A stretch of DNA of 61,197 bases, filler included, from Sandaracinaceae bacterium (lineage in GTDB: Bacteria > Myxococcota_A > Polyangia > Polyangiales > JADJQN01), in the NCBI GenBank assembly GCA_947483975.1. It is 4 parts of 4 records of this genome, joined end to end, with 100 filler letters (N's around TTAATTAATTAA, not from the genome) between each part and the next. Parts side by side here need not be neighbours in the genome. Positions count along the whole stretch, not along the records: positions 1 to 15,316 come from CANKOL010000093.1; 3 more parts are not named here. One strand, given 5' to 3'. Position numbers and translations under genes: made by a program. Below the pieces are notes generated by a model. That model was given only the letters and a program-made list of their open reading frames with translations, did not search any database and was not told where the DNA came from. Positions within the stretch are counted from its first letter, which is position 1. Each line of letters starts with the position of its first letter. This document shows positions 1 through 12,911 of this stretch, in pieces.

Positions 1-1545
1 CTCGCCGAGCCGACGCTCGAAGACGCGCTCGCCCGGGCGGACGCGCTCTACGAGTCCTCGCGCAACGAGCCCGCCGAGCAGGCCTACGCCGCGGTCGCCG
101 TGCGCCTCAGCGCCGCGGGGGACGCCGTGCGCAGCTGCAACGCACGCCTGCAGCAGGCGCGCTCGCTCGAGCGTCGCCGCGCGCGCGCAGAGGCTGCCGC
201 GCTCTTCGTGTCGGTCGCGACGGACTGCGCGGACCTCGACGTGAAGGCGCTCGCCCACTACGGCGCGGGCCGCGCGTACCACAACCTCTCGCAGTACGAC
301 GCCGCCATCGCGCAGTTCGAGGCCGTCGAGCACGACGCGCCGGCGCATCGCTTGGCGGACGACGCGCTCCTGCGCGCTGCGGTCGTCGCGCGCGATCACG
401 CCGACGATCCCGGCTTCGCCGAGCGCCTGACGGTGCTGCCGACGCGCTATCCCCTCGGCGATATGCGCGGCGAGGCGCGCTTTCTCTCCGCGTGGCGGCT
501 GCGCGCGCTCGGCAAGAAGGAGGACGCGCTCGCGGAGCTCGATCGCTCGCTCGCGGAGGGCCCCGCAGAGACGGCCGAGGACGTCCACGGGCGCGCCGCC
601 TACTGGCGCGCGCGCCTCCTCGATGAGCTCGGTCGCAGCGCCGACGCGGTCCACGCGCACGAGGCGCTCTGCCAAGCGGCGCCGCTCGCGTACTACGCAC
701 AGCTCTCGCTCGTCGAGCTCAGCCGCCTCGACGCCGCGCGGGCCAACGCCGTGCGCGCCGCCTGGCTCGGCGAGGCGCGCGAGGTGCCGCTCGTCTTCCC
801 GCGCCGACCCGAGCTCGACGCTCCAGCGTTCGCCCGCGCCCTCGCGCTGCTCCGGACGGGCGACGTGGACCTCGCGCTCCTCGAGCTCAGCTTCGTCGGC
901 ATGACGGGCGAGGGCGCAGACCCCGACGCGCTCTGGCTCGCCGCCGCGCTCCTCGACCGCGCCGGCGCGTACGGACAGTCCTCCGCGCTCATCCGCAAGC
1001 GGCTCGCGAACCGCCTCGACGTCGCGCCGACGGGGCGCGCCCGCGCGCTCTGGCGCCTCGCCTATCCGCACGCCTACGCGCCGCTGATCGAGGACGCCGC
1101 GAGCGCCGAGGGCATCCCGTCGTCCTTCGTGCGCGCCATCGCGCGCGAGGAGAGCGCCTTCGACCCCGAGGCGCGCAGCTCCGTCGGCGCGAGCGGGCTG
1201 ATCCAGCTGATGAGCGGCACCGCGCGCCGCTTCGCCGGGCCGCTCCACCTGCCGAGCGACGCCTCCGCGCTCCGTCGCCCCGAGGTCAACGTGCGCATCG
1301 GCTCGAGCTTCCTCGGCTTTCTGACGCGCCACTACCCTGGTCGCCCGGGGATGGTGCCCGGGGCCTACAACGCCGGCGAGGGCGCGATGGACCGCTGGCA
1401 GCGCGCGCGCGCGACCGAGCCGCTCGACGTCTTCGTCGAGAACATCCCCTACGAAGAGTCCCGCCGCTACACGCGCCGCGTGCTGCAGACGTGGGGCACC
1501 TACGCGCTCCTCGACGAGCGCCGCCTGCCCCGCTTCAGCGAGTAG
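1..1545 (+). CDS. Soluble lytic murein transglycosylase (Slt70-like, TPR-type N-terminus plus SLT domain), 5'-partial
   Basis: Frame open from base 1; C-terminal SLT motifs AIAREESAFDP, GASGLIQLM, AYNAG, ENIPYEESRRY. Confidence 0.9.
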   Translation, partial: LAEPTLEDALARADALYESSRNEPAEQAYAAVAVRLSAAGDAVRSCNARLQQARSLERRRARAEAAALFVSVATDCADLDVKALAHYGAGRAYHNLSQYDAAIAQFEAVEHDAPAHRLADDALLRAAVVARDHADDPGFAERLTVLPTRYPLGDMRGEARFLSAWRLRALGKKEDALAELDRSLAEGPAETAEDVHGRAAYWRARLLDELGRSADAVHAHEALCQAAPLAYYAQLSLVELSRLDAARANAVRAAWLGEAREVPLVFPRRPELDAPAFARALALLRTGDVDLALLELSFVGMTGEGADPDALWLAAALLDRAGAYGQSSALIRKRLANRLDVAPTGRARALWRLAYPHAYAPLIEDAASAEGIPSSFVRAIAREESAFDPEARSSVGASGLIQLMSGTARRFAGPLHLPSDASALRRPEVNVRIGSSFLGFLTRHYPGRPGMVPGAYNAGEGAMDRWQRARATEPLDVFVENIPYEESRRYTRRVLQTWGTYALLDERRLPRFSE

Positions 1546-1554
1546 CCCGCCGGC

Positions 1555-2628
1555 TCAGCTCTTGCCGAGCTCGTCGGCGAGCTCCGCGAGCAGCTTCTTC
1601 GCCTTCGACGAGAGCTTCTTCGGCACGTCGACGTGCACGACGACGATCAGGTCGCCCTTGCCCCGCGCCTGCAGCCGCTGGATGCCCGCGCCCGAGAGCA
1701 CGATCGTGTCGCCGGACTGCGCGCCCGCCGGCACCTTCACCTTCGCCTCGCCGCCCTCGAGCGTCGGGATGCGCAGCTCGGCGCCGAGCGCCGCCTGCGG
1801 GAACGTCACGTGCAGCTCGTGCACGAGGTCCGCGCCGTCGCGCTGAAACTGAGGGTGCGCCTCGACCTGCACCGTGACGTAGAGGTGCCCCGCGGGGCCG
1901 TGCTTTCGGCCGGGCTGCCCCTGATCGCTGACGCGCAGCGTCTGGCCGTCGTCGATGCCGGCGGGGATCGTCACCTTCACGGTGCGCTTGGCCGCGACCT
2001 CGCCGCGCCCCTTACACTTCTTGCACGGGTCCCGCACCATCGAGCCTTCGCCCTGGCACTGCGGGCACGTCGTCGACAGCACGAACGGCCCGCGCGAGTG
2101 CGCGACCTGGCCGCGCCCGCCGCACATCGCGCACGCCTCGCGCCGCGTCCCGCTCGCCGCGCCGCTGCCGAGGCAGTCCTCGCAGGCGTCGGGATACTCG
2201 AGCTCCACATCCGTCTTGCTGCCGAGCGCCGCGTCCTTCAGCGAGAGCCCGACGACCGTGCGCAGGTCCGCCCCGCGCTGCGGTCCGTCGCGCTTCGTGC
2301 GCCGCCCACCGCCTCCGAACAGATCTCCGAAGATGTCGCCGCCGAAGATGTCGCGGAACTGGCTGAAGATGTCCGCCGCGTTCCCGCCGCCGAAGCTCTG
2401 ACTCTCGAGCCCCGCGTGCCCGTAGCGATCGTACGCCCCGCGCTTCTGCTCGTCGGAGAGCACCTGATACGCCTCGGACGCCTCCTTGAAGCTCTCCTCC
2501 GCGGCGGCGTTCCCCGGATTGCGGTCCGGATGAAACTTCAGCGCCGCGCTCCGGTACGCCTTCTTGATGAGGTCCGGAGTCGCGGTGCGCTCCAGCTCGA
2601 GCACTTCGTAATAGTCACGCTTGGACAT
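1555..2628 (-). CDS. dnaJ: Chaperone DnaJ
   Basis: [10 protein letters not shown] start, HPD motif, G/F-rich region, four CxxCxGxG zinc-finger repeats, DnaJ C-terminal domain. Confidence 0.96.
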   Translation of the reverse strand: MSKRDYYEVLELERTATPDLIKKAYRSAALKFHPDRNPGNAAAEESFKEASEAYQVLSDEQKRGAYDRYGHAGLESQSFGGGNAADIFSQFRDIFGGDIFGDLFGGGGRRTKRDGPQRGADLRTVVGLSLKDAALGSKTDVELEYPDACEDCLGSGAASGTRREACAMCGGRGQVAHSRGPFVLSTTCPQCQGEGSMVRDPCKKCKGRGEVAAKRTVKVTIPAGIDDGQTLRVSDQGQPGRKHGPAGHLYVTVQVEAHPQFQRDGADLVHELHVTFPQAALGAELRIPTLEGGEAKVKVPAGAQSGDTIVLSGAGIQRLQARGKGDLIVVVHVDVPKKLSSKAKKLLAELADELGKS

Positions 2629-2720
2629 GCGGCGGCGCCAAGGTAAGGGACCCGGCGGGAACGTCAAGAGGCGCGGCGCGTCTCCCTCCGTTCCGCGCCG
2701 CTCCGCGACGGGTCCTCAGC

Positions 2721-4802
2721 TCAGAGCAGCCGGATGCGGTAGGTGGGCGGGCCGCCGCCCTGGTCGCCGAAGTAGAGCCAGCCGTCCTCGTGGACCGAGC
2801 ACGTCGAGTTGCAGCCCTGGTCGACCGGGAGATCGGGAATCCGCGCCCAGACGCCGGTGGCGATCGTGAACTGCCAGAAGGTCGTCCCGCCGCAGCCGAG
2901 GCCGGCGTAGATGTGGCCAGAGTGGTCCGCGCAGGTGGCGTCGCTGAGGAAACCCTCGGGGATCGTCGCGCTCGCGGTCGTGATCGCCGACGTCGCGATG
3001 TCGAAGCGGTAGAAGGCCGAGCCGAACGCGCTCCCGAAGTAGATGCTGTTGTTCGTCGGGTCGTAGACCACGCGCGTCTGGTTCGACGCGGTCGTTCCCG
3101 TCGGGAAGTACGTCAGCGTGTTCGCCGCCGGATCGTAGCGAACCAGGCTGTTCGCGCTGTTGTAGCTCCAGAGGTTCCCGGCGGCGTCGGCGGCGGTCTG
3201 CGCGTCTGTGCCGGTGCCCGCCACGTCGCTCCGCACGGTGCTCCAGGTGCCAGCCGCGACCGAGTAGCGCATGACGTTCGGCGCGGTCACGCCCCAGATG
3301 TCCCCGAGGGACGACGCCGGGGCCGCGAAGCTGCCGAGGGTCCCGGGCGAAGACGCCAGCGTCGCCCACGTCCCGGCGGCGATGTTGAGCCGCTGAAAGG
3401 CGGTGCCGCCGGAGCCGTACATGAACGCGGAGCCCGCGGGCACCCACGACTGAAACCCGCGCGAAGGGGCGACGCCGACGAGCTCCCACGCCGCGCCCGT
3501 CGCGCCGCTGAAGCCCGCGAGCCGCCGACACGTCCCCGCGAGGCACGCCTGACTCGACGTGCAGGTCACGCCGCAGCCGCCGCAGTTGGCGGGGTCGTGC
3601 GCCGTGCTCGTGCACGTCGCGCCGCAGAGCGTCGTGCCGCCGACGCAGCTGAGCACGCAGGCGTTCGTCACGGTGTTGCAGAGCTGCCCGCCGGTGCAGG
3701 TGCTCGTGCCCACATCGCAGCGGTCGGTCGTCTCGTTGCAGGTCTCGGTGCCGTTGCACGTCACCGCGTCGGCGCACACGCGCGCCGCGCCGGCTCCGCA
3801 GACCGCCGCCGCCGAGCAGGTCTCGCCGGTCGTGCAGTAGAGCCCGTCGTCACAGCTCACGCCGGTGTTCGCGGTCCACGCGGTCACCGACGCCGTCGGC
3901 GTGCAGACCTGGCACTGATTGCCCAGGTTCCGCGTCGCAGGCGCGAAGCAGACGCCGCCGATCAGGCAGCCGCTGCACGTCGTCACGCACGAGTCCGTGC
4001 TCGCGTTGCAGAGCTGCCCGATGGCGCAGGTGCTCGCGCCCGGCGCGCAGCTATCGGTGGCCTCGTCGCACGTCTCCGTGCCGTTGCACGCGACGGCGTC
4101 CGCGCAGAAGTTCCGCGCCGCGCTGCCCGCGCAGACGCCGCCCGAGCAGACATCGCCCGTCGTGCAGAACGCGCCGTCGTCGCAGCTCGCGCCCTCGTTC
4201 GGGCTCCACGCGCTGCGCGAGGTGCCGACCGCGCAGACCTCGCACGGGCTCATCGGGTTCACCTGCCCGGCGCCGTAGCAGCTGCCGCCGATCACGCAGC
4301 CGGTGCACGTCGCCACGCAAGCGTCCGTCGCGCTGTCGCAGAGCTGACCGGCGGGGCACGTCGTCACGCCGTGCGCGCACGCGCTCGCCGCCTCGTCGCA
4401 GGTCTCGGTGCCGTCGCACGCGACGCCGTCGTCGCAAGCGCGCGCCGCGCCGCCGCACGCGCGGTCCGCGCACACATCGCCCGTCGTGCAGAACAGCCCG
4501 TCGTCGCAGGCGCTGCCGTCGTTCGCGCTCCAAGCCGTCGGCGCGAGCGCCGCGGTGCAGACCTCACACGGGTTCGCCGGGTTCCGCACTCCGTCGGGGA
4601 AGCACGTCCCCTCGACCAGGCAGCCCGTCGCGCACTCTCCCGGGAGCGGTCCGCCGTCCGGCGCCGGGCCCGAGTCGCGGCCCGCGTCTTCCATCGCCGG
4701 ACCCGAGTCCCCATCGCCGACGATCTTCGCTCCACAGGCGGTGAGCGACAGAGACATCAGCAGCGCAGCGAGCCATCCCAGTCGAGCGTGAGCGAGCTTC
4801 AT
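2721..4802 (-). CDS. Cys-rich repeat lipoprotein with C-terminal beta-propeller-like domain (paralog A, 3 modules)
   Basis: Signal peptide with lipobox LTAC; three ~109-aa 16-Cys modules (CDDGxFCT, NPxNxCxxC); DPANCGGCG repeat; Trp/Tyr-spaced blade-like C-terminus; GGGAG 9 nt before ATG 4802 (alternative start 4811). Confidence 0.8.
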   Translation of the reverse strand: MKLAHARLGWLAALLMSLSLTACGAKIVGDGDSGPAMEDAGRDSGPAPDGGPLPGECATGCLVEGTCFPDGVRNPANPCEVCTAALAPTAWSANDGSACDDGLFCTTGDVCADRACGGAARACDDGVACDGTETCDEAASACAHGVTTCPAGQLCDSATDACVATCTGCVIGGSCYGAGQVNPMSPCEVCAVGTSRSAWSPNEGASCDDGAFCTTGDVCSGGVCAGSAARNFCADAVACNGTETCDEATDSCAPGASTCAIGQLCNASTDSCVTTCSGCLIGGVCFAPATRNLGNQCQVCTPTASVTAWTANTGVSCDDGLYCTTGETCSAAAVCGAGAARVCADAVTCNGTETCNETTDRCDVGTSTCTGGQLCNTVTNACVLSCVGGTTLCGATCTSTAHDPANCGGCGVTCTSSQACLAGTCRRLAGFSGATGAAWELVGVAPSRGFQSWVPAGSAFMYGSGGTAFQRLNIAAGTWATLASSPGTLGSFAAPASSLGDIWGVTAPNVMRYSVAAGTWSTVRSDVAGTGTDAQTAADAAGNLWSYNSANSLVRYDPAANTLTYFPTGTTASNQTRVVYDPTNNSIYFGSAFGSAFYRFDIATSAITTASATIPEGFLSDATCADHSGHIYAGLGCGGTTFWQFTIATGVWARIPDLPVDQGCNSTCSVHEDGWLYFGDQGGGPPTYRIRLL

Positions 4803-4947
4803 GTAGTCCATCTCCCGGCCCTGAGGGCCGTCACGGGAAACGGTGAGTGTAGGGAACGCTGCAGCTTTTGTAAGCCTTGATGCGCGCCGCTCCCTCGGAT
4901 CGCGCCCGCGCCGCGCGTGAGCCGCAGGCGCCCACGCGCGCCCGCGC

Positions 4948-7497
4948 TCAGGGACCGAGCGTGATGCGGTAGACCACGTTGCTCTCGCCGGTCCCGACGT
5001 AGAGCGCGCGGTCGGGGACCGACACCGTGCAACTGCCGTTGTTGCCGTGGCTCAGCGGGAAGTCCGGGATTCGAACCCAGAGGTTGGTCGCGATCGTGTA
5101 CTGCCACATGGTGACGCCAGCGCTGTCGCCCGCCGCGTAGATGTGCCCCGAGCGATCGCTGCAGAAGATGTCGTTCAGCGTCGGCTCCGGGATCGAGGCG
5201 CGGGTCGTGACGGCGTGCGTCGCGAGGTCGAAGCGATAGAGGTTCGGCGCGCCGAAGGCCCCGAAGTAGATCGCGTTGTCGCCCGGGTCATAGCCCATGC
5301 GCGTCTCGGACAAGGACCCGTACGGGGTCGCATACGAGGTGACGACGCCCGTCGCGACGTCGTACGAGATCATCGGCCCCGACCCTGCGTGTCCCCAGAT
5401 ATGCCCTGAGTTATCCGACTCGGTCATGTTGGAGTCGTCCCCGCCGACGTACGTGCCGCGCGTCGCCCAGGTGTTGGTCGCCACCGTGTACGAGTAGATG
5501 GACCCGTTGCGGATCATGTAGAGGTTGCCCGCCCAGGGAGCCATGGTGGCCCAGTAAGAGGCGTAAGGCGCGACGCTCGTGACCGCAGCCCAGGTGTTCG
5601 TCGACGACGTGTACGCCTGCGCGGTCGTCGCGACCGTGTTGTAGAGCCGCGCGATGTCGGCAGGCTGATGGGTCATCAGCGCGGCGGTGGGCTGCCCCCC
5701 CGCTGCGAGCGCCACCCAAGCCGCCCCGACGGTGCCGTTGAACACGCCGCCGACCGCACAGACGCCGGCGGTGCAGGTCCCGCTCGCGCAGACGTTCCCG
5801 CAGGCGCCGCAGTTCGTCGCGCTCGTCAGGATGTTGGTCTCACAGCCTGCCGCCGTCGTGCAGTCGCGGAAGCCCGTGCTGCAGACGAAGCCGCAGGTGC
5901 TCGCCGCGCACGCGGGGCTCGCGTTCGCTGCGGCCGGACAGCTGACGCCGCACGCGCCGCAGTTCACGGGGTCATGCGTCGTGGTCGTGCACGTCGAGCC
6001 GCAGAGCGTCGTGCCACCGACGCACGAGAGCACGCAGGCGTTCGTCGCCGTGTTGCAGAGCTGCCCGCCGGTGCACGTGGTCGTGCCCGCGTCGCAGCGG
6101 TCTGTCGCCTCGTTGCAGGTCTCCGTGCCGTTGCACGTCACCGTGTCCGCGCACGCGCGCGCCGCGCCGGCGCCGCAGACCGCGGCGGCCGAGCACGTCT
6201 CGCCGACGGTGCAATAGAGCCCATCGTCGCAGCTCGCCCCGGTGTTCGGGCTCCACGCGGTCGCCGTGAACGCGGGCGCGCAGACCTGGCACGCGTTCAC
6301 CGGATTGCGCGTCCCGCTCGCGTAGCAGACGCCGCCGACCACGCAGCCCGCGCACGTCGTCACGCACGTGTCGGTCGTCGGGTTGCAGAGCTCCGTCGAC
6401 GCGCACGTCGAGGTCCCCGCGACGCACGCGTTCGTCGTCTCGTTGCACGTCTCCGCGCCGTTGCAGCCGACGCCGTCCGTGCAGCTTCGCGCGCTGCCGC
6501 CGCAGTTGGTGCCCGTGCACACGTCGCCGTCCGTGCAGAACAGCCCGTCGTCGCAGCGGGCGCCGTCGTTCGCGCTCCACGCGCTGCGCGAGGTCGCGAC
6601 CGCGCAGACCTCGCACGCGTTCGCCGGGTTCACCTGCCCGGCGCCGTAGCAGCTGCCGCCGATCACGCAGCCCGTGCACGTCGTCACGCAGGTGTCGGTC
6701 GCGCCGTCGCAGACCTGCGCCGCAGCGCACGTCGTCACTCCGGGCGCGCACGCGTTCGCCGCCTCGTCGCAAGTCTCGGCGCCGTCGCACGCGACGCCGT
6801 CGTCGCAGACTCGCGCCGCGCCGCCGCAGGTGGTGCCCGTGCACACGTCGCCGTCCGTGCAGAACGCCCCGTCGTCGCAGCGCGCGCCCTCGTTCGCGCT
6901 CCACGCGCTGCGCGTCACCGCCACCTTGCAGGTTTGGCAAGGATTCAGCGCGTCGAGCTGCCCGTCGCCGTAGCACGCGCCGTCGATCAGACAGCCCGTG
7001 CACTCGAGCACGCACGCGCCGCTCAGCGCGTCGCAGATCTGCCCGCCCGAGCACGTCGGCGTCCCCGGCTCGCAGGCGCTCGCGCTCTCGTTGCAGGTCG
7101 CGACGCCGTTGCACGCGATGCCGTCGTCGCACGCTCGAGGCGCGCCCGCGCACGCGCCCGCCGCGCACACATCGCCCGTCGTGCAGAACGCGCCGTCGTC
7201 GCAGAGGCCGCCATCGTTCGCGCTCCACGCGGTCGCCGCGAGCGCCGCCGCGCAGACCTCGCACGGGTTCGCCGGGTTGACGACGCCGTCGGGGAAGCAC
7301 GTCCCCTCGACCAGGCAGCCCGCCGCGCACTCCACCGGCGCCGGTCCGCCGTCCGGCGCAGGACCCGAGTCGCTGCCAGCGTCCTCGACCGCCGGCCCAG
7401 CGTCCCCATCGCCGACGAGCTTCGCCCCGCACGCCGTCAGCGTGAGCGACAGCAGCAGGAGAGCGAACGACCCCAGGCGAACGTCAGCGAGCTTCAT
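4948..7497 (-). CDS. Cys-rich repeat lipoprotein with C-terminal beta-propeller-like domain (paralog B, 4 modules)
   Basis: MKLADVRLG...LTAC lipobox matching paralog A; four Cys modules, two NCGACG repeats, propeller-like tip; GAGAGG upstream of 7497. Confidence 0.8.
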   Translation of the reverse strand: MKLADVRLGSFALLLLSLTLTACGAKLVGDGDAGPAVEDAGSDSGPAPDGGPAPVECAAGCLVEGTCFPDGVVNPANPCEVCAAALAATAWSANDGGLCDDGAFCTTGDVCAAGACAGAPRACDDGIACNGVATCNESASACEPGTPTCSGGQICDALSGACVLECTGCLIDGACYGDGQLDALNPCQTCKVAVTRSAWSANEGARCDDGAFCTDGDVCTGTTCGGAARVCDDGVACDGAETCDEAANACAPGVTTCAAAQVCDGATDTCVTTCTGCVIGGSCYGAGQVNPANACEVCAVATSRSAWSANDGARCDDGLFCTDGDVCTGTNCGGSARSCTDGVGCNGAETCNETTNACVAGTSTCASTELCNPTTDTCVTTCAGCVVGGVCYASGTRNPVNACQVCAPAFTATAWSPNTGASCDDGLYCTVGETCSAAAVCGAGAARACADTVTCNGTETCNEATDRCDAGTTTCTGGQLCNTATNACVLSCVGGTTLCGSTCTTTTHDPVNCGACGVSCPAAANASPACAASTCGFVCSTGFRDCTTAAGCETNILTSATNCGACGNVCASGTCTAGVCAVGGVFNGTVGAAWVALAAGGQPTAALMTHQPADIARLYNTVATTAQAYTSSTNTWAAVTSVAPYASYWATMAPWAGNLYMIRNGSIYSYTVATNTWATRGTYVGGDDSNMTESDNSGHIWGHAGSGPMISYDVATGVVTSYATPYGSLSETRMGYDPGDNAIYFGAFGAPNLYRFDLATHAVTTRASIPEPTLNDIFCSDRSGHIYAAGDSAGVTMWQYTIATNLWVRIPDFPLSHGNNGSCTVSVPDRALYVGTGESNVVYRITLGP

Positions 7498-7742
7498 GGA
7501 GACCCTCTCTCGGCCCGAAGGCCCGTGGCGCGAGCGACTGAGCTCCGGAGGCCTCCGACCGCGGGCGACGTCGCTCGCCTCGAGACCCGACCTTCCTGCT
7601 TCAGCGGATCTGCGCAGTCTAAACGGAACCGCTGTTCCCTGAATACAGATTATTTTTGGCAAGACAGAACGGAGAGATGCGTCTTATACAGGGGCTCTCG
7701 ACCGCTCACGACACGCGCGCGGTTCGCAGCCTGAGAGACACG

Positions 7743-9110
7743 ATGAGCACGCTCGCCCCCTCGCTCTGGACCGCCCACGGTGGAAGATCGCTCGCGGTGA
7801 CGCTCTCGTTCGTCTGCGCGCTCGTCGGCGGCGTGGCGGTCGCGCAGGCGGACGCCGGGACGCACGCGCTCCATCTCGAGGGCGGGCTCGCGATGCCGCT
7901 GACCGAGCCGCAGGCGTCGGAGTTCGGCCTCGGCGGCGAGCTTGCGCTCGGCTACGAGCTGCGCCCGATGGCGTGGCTGGGCCTCGAGGCGCGCGTGTCG
8001 GCCCTCTGGCTGCCCTCGAGCACCTCAGCCCCGACGGTCGACGGCTACGGCGGCTACTACGCGCCGGGCGTCGGCGTGCGCCTGCACCCCTTCGCGAAGC
8101 TCGCGGTCGGCGATCTCTGGCTCGCCGGCACCGGCACGGTCGTGTTCACGGGGGAGGTCGTCAAGCCCGGCCTCGAGGTCGGCCTCGGCTTCGACTTCGA
8201 CCTCCTCTGGTGGCTCCGCGTGGGCCCCTTCGTCCGCTATCACCACGTCTTTCAGACTGACGCGGGCGGCGCCGACGCGGGCGTCGTCACGTTCGGCCTC
8301 TCGCTCGCGTTCTTCGGCATCGAGCCGCCGCGCGACGACGACGAGGATGGCATCTTCGAGCCGGTCGATGGCTGCCCGACGCGGGCTGAGGACGTCGACC
8401 ACTTCGAGGACGCGGACGGCTGCCCCGACCCGGACAACGACGCCGACGGCGTGCTCGACGCGAGCGACCGCTGCGCGACCGAGCAAGAGGATCGCGACGC
8501 CTTCCAAGACGGCGACGGCTGCCCCGACCCGGACAACGACGCCGATGGCCTGCTCGACGCGGTCGACCAGTGCCGCGACGCGGCCGAGGACCCGGACCAC
8601 TTCCAGGACGAGGACGGCTGCCCCGATCCCGACAACGACGCCGACGGCGTCCTCGACGCGACGGATCGCTGCCCGCTCGAGGCCGAGACGCCCAACAGTT
8701 TCGAGGACGACGACGGCTGCCCCGACACGGCGCCGCGCTCCGAGGCCGAGCAACACCTCGACCGCCTCGGCCAGCGCATCAACTTCCCGAAGAACCGCGC
8801 CGCCGTCACGCCGGGCAGCCGCGCCGCGCTGCGCGCCGTCATCGCGCTGCTCCATGCGCATCCGGAGTTCATCTCGATCACGGTCGAGGCGCACGCGAGC
8901 CGCGAGGGCAGCCCCGAGCAGAACATGGTCCTGAGCCAGCGGCGCGCGCGGACGGTGATCGACGCCCTCGCGCACGGCGGCATCGCGCGCTCGCGCCTCG
9001 TCGCGCACGCGTTCGGCGACCTGCAGCCCGAGCAGCTTGGCGACAGCGAGGCCGAGCAGGCGTTCAACCGCCGCGCGGTCTTCGTCGTCGAGCGCGCGCC
9101 GGCTCCCTGA
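7743..9110 (+). CDS. OmpA-family outer-membrane protein with thrombospondin type 3 (Ca-binding) repeats
   Basis: Signal peptide (AQA), beta-barrel-like N-terminus, repeated DGCPDPDNDADG units, OmpA C-terminal motifs NMVLSQRRA and NRRAVF. Confidence 0.88.
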   Translation: MSTLAPSLWTAHGGRSLAVTLSFVCALVGGVAVAQADAGTHALHLEGGLAMPLTEPQASEFGLGGELALGYELRPMAWLGLEARVSALWLPSSTSAPTVDGYGGYYAPGVGVRLHPFAKLAVGDLWLAGTGTVVFTGEVVKPGLEVGLGFDFDLLWWLRVGPFVRYHHVFQTDAGGADAGVVTFGLSLAFFGIEPPRDDDEDGIFEPVDGCPTRAEDVDHFEDADGCPDPDNDADGVLDASDRCATEQEDRDAFQDGDGCPDPDNDADGLLDAVDQCRDAAEDPDHFQDEDGCPDPDNDADGVLDATDRCPLEAETPNSFEDDDGCPDTAPRSEAEQHLDRLGQRINFPKNRAAVTPGSRAALRAVIALLHAHPEFISITVEAHASREGSPEQNMVLSQRRARTVIDALAHGGIARSRLVAHAFGDLQPEQLGDSEAEQAFNRRAVFVVERAPAP

Positions 9111-9168
9111 CCGACGCGACCGGGGCGGCGCTGCGCGGCGGCAGCGCCCGTCCCGGCGGCGAGTCCGC

Positions 9169-10854
<1,686 letters not shown>

Positions 10855-11026
10855 CGCGAAACTCCTCGCCGACGCTCTTACGCCGCAAAGCAGGATTACG
10901 CCATTGCTTTATTTAGCCAGGCAAGACGGAACTTGCTCGACATCAGACGTGCGCGCCCGGGGCCGCTTTCGCGGGCACCCGTCCCTGCCCATCCGAGCAC
11001 GAGCGGACCGCCGCGCGACCGGGCAC

Positions 11027-12691
<1,665 letters not shown>

Positions 12692-12864
12692 CCTGCACAG
12701 CCTCCACCGCGACTAGAACACGGAACGCGCGCGAGCCGCCACCGCGCCGTGCTCGCCCCAGAGCGCGCGGCGAGCACCCTCGGGGGGTCATCCTACGCGC
12801 GCTCGCGCAAAGAATTCCCTCGACCATGAGCTTGGCTCTCGCGGCGTTTTTTCTCGTGTTTCGT

Positions 12865-12892
12865 GGAACCTGCGCGCCGGGTCGCTGTCCAT
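12865..12892 (+). promoter_or_regulatory. Putative ECF (RpoE-type) sigma promoter
   Basis: GGAACC-N16-GTCCAT, followed by GGAGG and ATG 12912. Confidence 0.55.
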
Positions 12893-12911
12893 TGCGGCGG
12901 AGGCTACGGAC

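Noticed and set aside
2721..7497. Diversity-generating retroelement template/variable repeat pair
   Set aside because: No reverse transcriptase in view and differences are not adenine-specific; ordinary paralogy explains it
10920..10937. Possible sigma54 promoter (GG...TTGC)
   Set aside because: GG to GC spacing does not fit the -24/-12 rule
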